From a virus (taxonomy: Duplodnaviria > Caudoviricetes), in the IMG/VR virus record IMGVR_UViG_3300032132_000010, positions 1 to 50,683 of that record: DNA of 50,683 bases; one strand, 5' to 3'. Shown one piece after another: positions 17,682 to 28,900 of the stretch; the first letter of the stretch is position 1; each line of letters begins with the position of its first letter. Position numbers and translations under genes: made by a program. The notes under the pieces were generated by a model that searched no databases, was not told where the DNA came from, and saw nothing but the letters and a program-made list of their open reading frames with translations.

Positions 17682-19990
17682 GCATCAACGTCCCCACCTA
17701 CGATCGCCTCCAGGTGCAGGCCAGGCCGCTCCCGGCCGCGCGCGTCGACACGCGCGTCGACACGGGCGAGGAGAAGCTGGCGAAGGGGCTCGACGCCATT
17801 CGCGCGAAGGAGCAGGAGCGCCAGGACGACGCCTACATCTCGGACGCGCTCGGCAAGATCAACGCGCAGCACACCGAGTCGCTGTACGGGGAGCGCGGCG
17901 TCACGCGCGCCCGCGGCCACGACCTCAACACGATGGTCGGGCCGGCGCGGCAGCAGTATCACTCCTTCCTGGACGAGACGCTGGACGCAGCGCCGAACGC
18001 GCGCATCAAGGCGCGGCTCACGCCTCATGTGCAGCAGGCCCGTGACCGCTGGCGCGGCGTCGTCGTCCCCCACATCGGGGACGAGCGGCACCGGATGGCC
18101 GTGTCGGCGCTCGACCAGTACCTCATCGACGAGAGCACGGCCGCGATCCACGACGCCGCGGAAGGCAAGGGCGTCCACGTGCGGACCATGCTGCCGGAGT
18201 TCGATGACAACGGCTTCTACATCGACCAGGACCGCCCCGTTCTGAAGGACAAGGACGGGAACCCGATGACGGAGCAGACGGCGACGGTCGAGTCGGATGG
18301 CGAGTACCTGCTGATCCCGCGCATCTGGGACGGCGAGCTGCATGAGGACGCCACCCCCGACGAGCTGATGGCGTCCGTAGCGTCCGGCGAGAACGAGATC
18401 GTGGGGCGCTACTCCTCGGAGAAGGAGGCGAACGCGGCAGCTGGGGCGCGGTCGGCCATGAAGGGCGTCGAGCGCGAGGACGTCTACCTGCGCGGCCTCA
18501 TCACCAGCGAGACGAACCAGAAGGCCCGCATCGACGAGTTCATCCGCTTGCACCCCGACAAGATGAAGGGGCTGACGGACGCCGAGTTCCGCAAGCAGGC
18601 ATACGAGAAGGTCGACTCCCAGCTGTACGGCGGCGCGATCCTCCAGATGATCGCGGAGGGCGACGACCTGATCGCGGAGCTGACGTTCGGGCGCGTGGCC
18701 CGCAAGCTCGACCTCAAGACGCGCGCCACGGTGGCGCGGGCGGTCAACAACGGGTCGAACGTCGGAGACGTCGAGCGGACGGTGCGCGATGCGATGGAGC
18801 GGTTCGCGCCGGACTTCACGATCCACGCGCGCGACGACTTCCGCGAGGAGGGTTTCGTCGGGCCGCTGCCCGCCGACGAGCCGCAGCGCATGACGGCGAG
18901 CGAGTCGCAGGCCGCGGGCATCGCGTGGATTCAGGATGAGGTGTACCCCGATGATCCCGAGAGGGCCGCTGACGCGGTGAGCCGGTTCCGGCAAGAGAAC
19001 GCGATCGCGCGCAGGGACCATGACCAGGCCGCGGCCGACCTGACGGACAACCTGACCACGCGGCTGCGCTCGGGCGAGATCAGCCACGCGCGGGCGAAGC
19101 AGCAGCCCGGCTACCTGACGCTGCTGGACGGCAAGCAGCGCGACTCGATCGAGGCGCAGGACAAGGCCAACCGCGGGGAGCTGGCGCAGGCCGCGCGGGA
19201 CAAGGTGTTCTACGACCTCCAGGCGCTCGCCTTCGCGGTGCCGCAGCCGAATGCAGACGGGGTGATTACGGCCGCGGCCGTCCAGGCGGCGCAGGCCACG
19301 CGCGCGGCGTTCCGCAACTCCGACCTCCGCTACCAAGCCCCGTACCTGTTCAACGGCGACGACGACAGCCGGTGGAAGATGGTGCAGAAGTGGCAGAGCG
19401 ACGCGAACACGGGAATGATGAACGCGCAGCAGGCCATCAGCTTCATGGCGCACGCCTTGTTCCCGAACAGCAGCCGCGACGACGCGCAGCGCGCCGAGGA
19501 GTACCGCTTCCGCGAGGCGGCCGATCAGCGCGCGAACGTGATCCGCGACGACAAGGGGCGCGAGCCCACCGCCGCGGAGATGCGCGAGGAGCTTCAGTTC
19601 TTGCTCGAGGAGCGTGTCGTCTACAAGGATCGCTTCCTCGGGTTCATCGACCGGCTCGCCTTCGACGAGGAGATCCGGCTCGATCAGGTCACGGTCGAGC
19701 ACCTTGGCGACGAGGTGATCCCGCTCGCCATCGGGATCGAGCTTCGCCAGAACCTCATCCGCCGCGGGGTGCTCACCTTCACCGACGAGATGCTCCGCAC
19801 GGAGTTCACCGCATGGCTCTCGCGCGGGAACAGGCTGCCCGGGGCCGAGGAGTGGGCCCCGCCGCCGGCCCCGTCCTTTGACGAGCTGGCAGGGCGCACG
19901 CGCGCAAACAAGTTCATCATGATCCGCGAGCCGCGCTTCCAGCCGTTCAGTGCCACGCAGCCCCCGCTGCCCGAGCCCGATGACCAGTGA
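17678..19990 (+). CDS. Internal virion (ejection) protein
   Basis: Helical 770-aa protein between gp14-like gene and giant gene; ATGA coupling. Confidence 0.65.
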   Translation: MSINVPTYDRLQVQARPLPAARVDTRVDTGEEKLAKGLDAIRAKEQERQDDAYISDALGKINAQHTESLYGERGVTRARGHDLNTMVGPARQQYHSFLDETLDAAPNARIKARLTPHVQQARDRWRGVVVPHIGDERHRMAVSALDQYLIDESTAAIHDAAEGKGVHVRTMLPEFDDNGFYIDQDRPVLKDKDGNPMTEQTATVESDGEYLLIPRIWDGELHEDATPDELMASVASGENEIVGRYSSEKEANAAAGARSAMKGVEREDVYLRGLITSETNQKARIDEFIRLHPDKMKGLTDAEFRKQAYEKVDSQLYGGAILQMIAEGDDLIAELTFGRVARKLDLKTRATVARAVNNGSNVGDVERTVRDAMERFAPDFTIHARDDFREEGFVGPLPADEPQRMTASESQAAGIAWIQDEVYPDDPERAADAVSRFRQENAIARRDHDQAAADLTDNLTTRLRSGEISHARAKQQPGYLTLLDGKQRDSIEAQDKANRGELAQAARDKVFYDLQALAFAVPQPNADGVITAAAVQAAQATRAAFRNSDLRYQAPYLFNGDDDSRWKMVQKWQSDANTGMMNAQQAISFMAHALFPNSSRDDAQRAEEYRFREAADQRANVIRDDKGREPTAAEMREELQFLLEERVVYKDRFLGFIDRLAFDEEIRLDQVTVEHLGDEVIPLAIGIELRQNLIRRGVLTFTDEMLRTEFTAWLSRGNRLPGAEEWAPPPAPSFDELAGRTRANKFIMIREPRFQPFSATQPPLPEPDDQ

Positions 19991-22900
19991 CGATCAACGT
20001 CCCAGCGTCAACGGGCGGCGACGGCGACGAGCAGCCCCAGCCCCAGCAGCAGCCCCAGCAGCAACAGGCACCACCGCGCCCGTCTGAGTCCCTGTCGAGG
20101 GACTTGCTCCGTCACGACGGGCCGCTCGCGCGCTTCGGGGAGAACGTGGCCCCCCCGCCCAGCTTCCGGGGGCCGGTCGACAACCTGATGGCGCACTACC
20201 GCGAGCGCGAGGCCGCGATGCAGCGGGCCGCGATGGTCGCCGCGAACAACGACCCCGACGAGTACGCCAAGGGGCTCACCATCGGCAAGCTGCTGGGGAT
20301 GCCCTCCTCAGAGGCGGGCCACAGCGCCGCGAAGTACGGCTCGCCGCTGTTCTTCCACCAGCTCGAGCACGACCTCCGGGCGATGGATCACAACCGGCCG
20401 CAGCTGGCCGCATGGCTGCGGAACGTCGACAACGCCGCGGTGTCCAGCGACGACCTGGACACGCTGGAGAAGCTGCACGACTCCATCGTGTTCGCGGGCA
20501 AGGAGCGGTCCTGGTTCGGTGAGATGTGGGAGGCCGGCGAGAACGGCCTCGTCGGCGTCCAGGCCAGCTACTACCACCTGGCGGGCCTCAAGGGGATGAT
20601 CGACCTCCAGGCCGCGGCCGAGGGTGCCGCCGACGCCAACCGGCGCATCCGCGAGTCCCGCGAGGGGCAGAGCATCGGCGTCCAGCGGTACTTCCAGCGG
20701 GTCGGGCGCGCCAAGGGTGCCCTCGACACCCTCATGGTGGCCTTCTCGGACCCGTCGAACCTCGGGATCATGATGGCGGACAGCCTCGGGTTCTCGGCCC
20801 CGTCGCTGGTTATGGCGGCGGCCGTTGGCAAGGCGGGCGCGGTTGGCGGGACCGCGCTCGGGACGGCGACGGGGCTCGCTCCGGTGGCCGCGGGGTTCGC
20901 GGTCGCTGGCGGTCTGGCGGGGGCGGCCGTTGGCGCGATGGCCGGCGGGACCTTCGTCGAGATGGGCGCGTGGATCAACCAGACCATCGAGGAGACGATC
21001 GACCCGACCACCGGCAAGGCATACGACATCACGGACGCCGACAGCCTGTTCCGGGCCTACTCCAACACGGCGCTGATGGAGCGGGCGCAGGCCGAAGGGC
21101 TCCGCAAGGGGCTCACGATCGGGGCCGTCGACGCCGCCTCGATCTTCCTCGGTGGGCGCTTCCTGCGGGCCGCTGCGGGCAAGGGGCGGCTGGCGAAGGT
21201 CGCCGCCTACGGCAAGGAGGGCGTCACTCAGGGCGCGATGGAGGGCGCTGGGGAGGGCTCCAGCCTGCTCGCCGTGGCCGGCGGCGATGTCCTCAACTGG
21301 ACCGAGGACGACTGGGCGGAATGGCGCAAGCAGATGGCGATCGAGAGCGCGGTGAGCCTCGGCCCCGAGGCGGGCCATGTCCTCATCGGCTACCTCGCCA
21401 GGAAGCCCCTGGACGCCCGCGAGCGCAAGATGGAGCGCGTCGGCAAGGCGCTTCAGGCCGAGCAGAACCTCGGGGCGCTGCTGGCCGCGGGCGAAGCCTA
21501 CGCCGACTCCAAGACGGCGGGCCGCAACGACGGCGACGAGGCCGGCGAGCTTGTGGACACCATCGCCAGCGGGGCCGGCGTGTCGATCCTGCGCTGGGAC
21601 AAGGTGACGTGGGACGAGTTCTTCACCTCGCGCGGCCTCTCTCCCGGCGAGGCGCTGGCCGAGATCGTCCCCGGCGAGGGTCCCGGCTCCGGCATTCGGA
21701 TGTACCACGACGCGCACGCGAACGGCGAGATCCGCGTGTCGCTGCGGGATCTGCTCAAGGCGAAGGCGAGCACCGAGGAGTACGCGCCGCTGGTCGCCTT
21801 GGCCCGTTCGCGGCATGACCTCCCCTCGCCGGTCGAGGCCGAGGAGGTCCTGGCCGAGCACGAACACGAGAACCAGGAGGTCGTGCGCCGGTTCCAGGAG
21901 GAGCGGACGCTCAACCAGGAGGCCGAGGACATCCGCGACAAGCTGGCCGCGGCCGAGGAGAATGAGGGCGAGGGCGGCCCGTCGCCGGAGGAGATGGTGA
22001 AGCTGCGCGGGCGGCGCGCGGAGATCGAGGCGCGGCTCCAAGAGCTCGCCAAGGGGCGCGAGACGGTGCGGCAGGAGAGCCAGGTCGTGTTCGACAAGGC
22101 GCTCGAGGAGCTGACGGCGGTGCGCGGTGCCGACCGGGACATCGGTGATCCGCGGGTCCTGGCGACGATGCACACGGCCATCGTGCAGACGAAGGCGGCG
22201 GCGGCCGGCGTCCCCGTGGCCGAGATGGCGAAGCGGGTGGATGTGTCGTTCGTGGCCGAGCAGGCACCGGCCGCTGGGGACCGGCCCGTGGCCCCGGTTC
22301 GTCCGGTAACTGAACCGGACGGCGAAGCGGACGCCGTAACCCCTGACGCAGCAACGGCTCCCGGTAGCGGACAGGAAGCGGACACCGAAGCGGACGCCGA
22401 CCGGACGCTCCCCGAGGCCGGCGACGAGATCGAGGTGTTCGACGCCCTCGGGAAGCCTCGCCGTGGCACCGTGCTGGCGGCCAAGGAGAGCGCGGATTCC
22501 GGCCGCCTCGTTCGCGTTCGATTCGATGACGGCACGGAGGCAATGGCCGCGGATCACGCCGACTTCGCTGGGGCGCGGACGCCAACCGGCGAGACGTACT
22601 CCCTCGGCGGCGGCCATCAGCCCGGACTGTCTACCCCGTCCTCCGTGACGGGCGTCCCGCAGGGGACGCTCATCCGTGACCTGACGGACGACCAACTGCG
22701 CTCCGTCAGCAAGGCGCTGAGCGATCACGCGGCGGCCAGCAGCGGCAAGACCTCCGTCGCCGCCACACGCGAGCTGCGCGCCGTGTCCGCAGAGGCGCAG
22801 CGCCGCAAGAGCGAGGCCGCCCCCGCCGAGACGGACGACGGCCGCGTCTCCTACGACGTCGAGGCCGATCGCCTGGAGCCGACCGGCGACATCGCGGCCT

Positions 22901-25900
22901 CCTACTCCGGGGACACGCTCGCCAAGGGCAAGGTGAACAAACCGTTCACCGAGGACGGCAGCCTGTGGCTGGCGACGGAGGTCACCGAGAACAAGGACGG
23001 GCAGACGGTGGCGAAGGCGTACCAGCTGACGCCCGCGAACGAGTGGACCGGCGAGACGGTCACCTACGACGAGGCGATCGAGCGCGGTGCCGACGCCGCC
23101 GTGGGCCTGTTCCACGGGGTCCAGGTCAAGGCAAAGACGATCCCTGGAGGGGATGACGCCTACGTGATGACGGGGCCGCCGGCGGACTTCGCGCCGGAGG
23201 CTGCCGCCCCAGCTGCCCCTGGACAGTCCACGGACAGTCCCGCGGCCCCGGCCGGCGAGACGCGCCGCCCGCACTACTCCGTCAGCCCCCAGCAGCTCGA
23301 GGAGGAGGCGCGAGCCGCAGCGGGCGGCACCCTGCACCTGGAGCCGCTGGAGGCGTTCCCGCACCCGCACCTCGCCGGGCTCGCCAGCGTCCTCGCGTCG
23401 ATGGGCGACGAGGCCCCCGTCGTGACCTACGACCGCGGAGTTCTGAATCCGACCGTGGCAGATGACGATCGGTTCCGCGAGAAGTTCGACCTGATCGAGC
23501 GGTTCGTAGGAGAGGGGGCCGACGCGGCCATCCCCGCGATCGAGGACGAGCCCGAGGTGGAGGTGGTGCCGGACGACGAGTTCGAGGCCGAGGACCCGCC
23601 GAAGAACGCCAAGCCGCTGGCCGATGAGCCCACCGAGGGGGGCAACCCCGTCAAGGAGTTCCTGGAGGGCTTGGTCGACAAGGCGAACGAGGTGCTGGGG
23701 CCGCCGCCCAGTCAGGAGGAGGGGGCGACACCGACCGCGCCCCCAGCCGCGCCGGCCCCCGACGCCACGCTGCCGGATGACCAGGCCGCCGAGAGCCCCG
23801 AGATCGCGGAGAAGGTGAAGCGGACGGTCGAGCTTGCCGACCGCCTCGACGCCCGTCTGGTGATTGGGCACAAGGATGGCGCGTTCACCCCCCCCGCCCC
23901 GATGACGTGGCAGGAGCTCCAGCGCGAGGCCGCGACCTACTTCGGCGGGACGCAGGCCGAGGGCGCGTTCACCTCCCAAGACCTCGCCAACGCCACGGAG
24001 TTCTGGCTGAACCGGCGCATCGCCCGCTACCCGAACCCCGAGGCGCTGCGGTTTGAGGACTGGGTTGCGCTCGTCCGCAGCTGGAGCGAGCTGATCCCCA
24101 CGCAGACGCGGCGCACCGACGACAAGGTGAAGTTCCAGCAGTTCAGCACCCCGTCCGAGTACGCGGCCGTGATCGCGTGGGTTGCCAACGTGACGGCCGA
24201 GGACGTCGCGCTCGAGCCGTCCGCGGGCACGGGCAACATCGCGGCCCACGCCAAGGTCCGAGGCGCGGCGGTGGTCGCCAACGAGATCGACCCGATGCGC
24301 GCGGCGCTGCTGCGCGCGTTGGAGATCCCGGTGATCTACAACGAGAACGCCGAGCAGATCAGCAACATCCTCCCCGACATCAACCCGACCGTCGTGGTCA
24401 TGAACCCGCCGTTCAGCTCCTCGGGAACGCGGAACAAGAAGGACACGATGATCGGCTCGCAGCACATCGACCAAGCCCTCAAGATGCTGCGCCCCGGTGG
24501 CCGACTTGTGGCGATCGTGGGCGGCGGGCAGGCCCGGAAGGGCACAGGGCGCACAGGGATGGCGTTTGAGGCGTCCAGCTTCCGCGGATGGTGGAAGCGG
24601 ACCATGGACACCTACACCGTCCGCGCTAACGTAGGGGTGGCCGGCAAGGTCTACAGCCGCCTCGGGACCAGCTTCCCGACCCGCGTCCTGGTGATCGACA
24701 AGACCGGCCCGACAGCCAACCCGGAAAGCGCGCTCGACGTCGACGTCGAAACGCTGGGCGAGCTGATCACCGCTCTGGAGGACGTGAGAGATGCCCGCCC
24801 CGAAGTGGATCGAGAGAGTGGACGCCCAAGCGTTGAAGCACCTGGAGACGCTGGGAGTGAGTCCGGCGGGCGAGCCCCCGACGCTGGTGCTCCTGTCGCT
24901 CGGCCTGGAAGCGGCGGCGGGGGAGTTCAACAGCCCGGCGTACGAACCGATACTGGAGACGGAGATCGCGGACCTGCGCCTGCTGGCGGCGACGGACCCG
25001 CAAGCGGCGATGGAGCAGCTGGGGGACCCGCAGATGCCGCTGGATCACCTGGAGCCGCTGGAGGCGGGCAAGCAACTGGTGGAGCAACTGCACAGCCGGC
25101 TGGGGGAGACGCAGGAGGACTACCCGCCAGCGACGACGCTGCCGGTGCAGCACCCTCCGGCGTAGAGGACACCGCGGCCGAGGAGTCGCCCCAGGACGAA
25201 GCCCTCATCGAGAAGGGCGCGGAGTTCATCGCGGAGGCCGACGACGAGGCGGGCGTGTTCGACACCTACGCTCCGGCCATCGCCGTCAAGGGCGCGAGCC
25301 CTCACCCATCGCCGCTGGTCGAGAGCGCGGCCATGGCGTCGGTCAGCTTCCCCGAGATCAAGCACGACCTCCGGTTGTCGAAGGAAGCCATCGCGGGCGC
25401 GTCGAACGCGCAGCTGGAGACGGCCGCGCTCGCGGGGCAGGCGTTTGAAGTCATCCTCCCCAACGGCAAGCGCCAAGGCTTCTTCGCGGGTGACGGCACG
25501 GGCGTCGGCAAGACGCGCGAGATCATCGCCATCCTGATGGACAACATGAACCACGGGCGCAAGCGCCACGTGTGGGTATCGGCCAGCAAGGACCTGTACG
25601 ACGACGCGGTGAGGGAGTGGGGCTCGATGGGCGGCGACCCGGCGCTGCTCATGAACATGAAGAAGGTCAAGGCCAACACGGGGAAGATCCCCAACCAGGA
25701 CGGCGTGGTGTTCGTCAACTACGACACCCTGAAGGTTGGGGCGCAGTACCTACCGGACGGCGAGGCCATCACGGACGAAGGCAAGGTGTCCCGCCTCGAC
25801 CAGATCCGCGAGTGGCTAGGCACGGAGTCCGAGGAGGCCGCCGCAGAGTTCGACGGCGTGATCGTGTTCGACGAGTCGCACAAGATGGGCTCGGCCATCG

Positions 25901-28900
25901 CGCAGAAGAAGGGCGGGAAGGGGCCATCGGCCACGGCGCTATCCGGCCTTTACGCTCAAGACACGCACCCGCTCGGCCGCCTCGTCTACGCATCCGCGAC
26001 GGGCGCAACCGAGGTGCACAACCTCGCCTACGCCGAGCGCCTTGGACTGTGGGGCGAGGGGACGGCGTTCGGCAACGTGCTCGAGTTCGTGGCGAAGATC
26101 GGCAAGGGCGGGCTCGCCACCATGGAGCAGATCGCGCGCGAGCTGAAGCAGCGCGGGCTCTACACAGCGCGCGCCATCTCCATGAAGGGCGTCAAGTACG
26201 AGCGCCTGGAGCACAACCTCACCGACGAGCAGACGACCATCTACAACCGCGTGGCCGAGGCGTGGCAGATCGTCCACAAGAACATGGTCGCGGCGACACA
26301 GATTACCGAGGGCGGCAAGGAGGCGAACAAGCGATGGAAGGGCCAATACTGGGGGCTCAACCAACGGTTCTTCGACCAGATCATGACGTCGATGGCGATG
26401 CCTTCGACGCTCAAGCAGATGCACGCCGACATCGACGCCGGGCATTCGGTTGTGATCCAGCTGATCAACCACTACGGCGAACGCTTGGAGCGGCTGGAGG
26501 CTGAGCGAAAGCGCCAGGTCGCGGCTGGGGAGATTGATGAGGAGGCGTCGTTCGACTACGACCTCTCGCCCAAGGGTGACCTCATCGAGATGGTGAAGAA
26601 GGCGTTTCCTGTGCAGCAGTACGAGGAGGTGGTCGGGCCGGACGGCAAGCCGTTCAAGCGGCCCGTGACCGACAGCGAGGGCAAGCCCGTACTGAACCAG
26701 GAAGCCGTGCGGATGCGCGACGAGCTGCTGCTCGACCTGGATGAGCTTCGCATCCCGCTCGGGCCGGTCGACATGATCTATCAGGAGTTCGGCTCGGAGC
26801 GGGTGGGCGAGATCACCGGGCGCAAGCAGCGCGTCGAGTTCGTGGACGGCCGGCAGGTTGTGGTCAAGCGCAAGGAGAAGGCCGAGAACAAGGCGGCGGC
26901 CGACGACTTCATGGGCGACCGCATCCCCATCCTGATCTTCACCAAGAAGGGCGGGACGGGGCGCAGCTACCACGCCGACCTCGGCGCGAAGAACCAGCGG
27001 CTCCGCAGGCACTACGTCGTGCAGTCGGGCTGGATCGCCAACGACACGATCCAGGGGCTCGGCCGGACGCACCGGACCAACCAAGCGCAGCCGCCCGAAT
27101 ACATCCTCGTCCAGACGGACCTCCCCGGTCACAAGCGGTTCGTGTCGTCCATCGCGCGGCGCATCGAGCAGCTGGGCGCGTTGACCAAGGGCCAGCGAGA
27201 CGCGGGTGCGTCCCTGTTCACCGAAGCGGACAACCTCGAGGGCGCATACGGCAACCCCGCGGTGCGCCAGTTCATCAACAACATCGTCAACGGCAGGGTG
27301 GACGGCATCGAGGCCGAGGACTTGGTGGAGGAGCTGGGGATTACGGGCATCCTCACCGAAGCGGGCAACGTGGTGGACGCTAAGGTGCCCGAGGTCCCGA
27401 AGTTCCTGAACCGCATCCTGTCCACGACGACGGACAGGCAGACGGCGTGGTTTGAGGGCTTCAACAACCTGATGGTCGCCATGATCGCGGACGCGACCCA
27501 AAACGGAACGCTCGACACGGGGATGCAGACGCTCCGCGCGAAGTCGGTCAAGGTGAACAGCGTGACCGAGGTCCGCAAGGACGACGAGACGAAGGCCAAG
27601 ACGGAGCTCCTGTCGGTCACGACGACGAACGACAAGCCGCGTGTGCCGTGGGAGCAGGCGCAGAAGCGTTACCCCGCGGATTCGTTCTGGGTGAACAACA
27701 AGAGCGGCTTCGTCTGGTCGGCCGGCCCGAAGCGGAACCGCACCACGTCGGGCGGCAACGTCGAGGTGGTGCGCTCCATGTACGGACCAGGCGGGCGCGG
27801 GTCCGACGTCATGGACTACCAGCTGTCGGGGCACGGGAACAACTGGACGAACGTCACCGACGAGGCGCAGCTGGAGCGGATGTGGACCGAGCGGTACGAC
27901 AAGACGCCCGCCACCGAGGAGACGGACGTGCACCTCCTGACGGGGATGCTGCTCCCGATATGGGACAGGCTGCCGGACAAGGGCAAGGTCTACCGGATCA
28001 CGATGCCGGGCGGGACGCGCGTGATCGGGCGCGAGATCCCCGAGCGGGACCTGAGCTACACGCTGGAGAGGCTGGGCGTGGGCCGGCCGAAGCTGGAGAT
28101 GGAGCCCGCGGAGCTGGGCCGCCGCATCCTCGCGGGGGACCGCGCGGTGCTGTCGAACAACTGGGTGATCCAGGCCGTGACGGCGGCGAAGGAGACGCGC
28201 ATCGAGGTGGCCGGCCCGACGTTCGCCAACATGGACGCGCTCCAAAAGGCGGGCGTGTTCATCGAGACGCACGGCGGGAAGCGGCGATACTTCGTGCCGA
28301 CTGGCCCGCGCATGGCCGAGGCGTTGGAGGCGGTGCTGCTGGGGCGGGACATCATGCAAGTCGGCAAGCCGCGGACGATGCACCAGTCGGTGCTCGCTGG
28401 CGAGTCGCCGTTCCCGAAGCGCGAGAAGCCGACGCGGATGGGCCAGGAGGAAGCGCAGGCCGCTCCCGTGGAGGACGACAAGGAGTATCCGCAGGTTCGC
28501 GGCGGCATCGTGGACGGCCTCGAGGTGGGCGAGGACATCCCCAACGCCAGTTCCATCAGCGCCTCGCTGGGCGAGGACTACGAGGAGGTCGGCGTCCGCG
28601 AGATCCCGATGTCCGACTTCAGCTTCGACCCACAGCAGCTCTACTACGGCAGCCACCAGTTCCGCCGCGCCGAGGCGTTGGCCGAGGAGATCCGCGAGTC
28701 AGGCCGCATCGACCCGCTGATCGTCGTGCAGGACGGACACGCCGATGGGCCGTACCTGCTGGAAGGCCAGCACCGTGCGGGAGCCCTGCACATCCTTGGC
28801 AAGACCAGCTTCCCCGCGCTCGTCGTGCGCGACCTTGACCGCGAGACGATCACGCGCCAGCAGGGCCGCGGCGGCACGGGCGGCCCGCGCGGCGCGACGA

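Noticed and set aside
20308-24930. 1,540-aa minus-strand ORF and other long antisense ORFs (e.g. 25939-28656, 29983-32571, 17543-19702, 2610-4142)
   Set aside because: Shadows of high-GC3 plus-strand genes; no recognisable motifs or RBS
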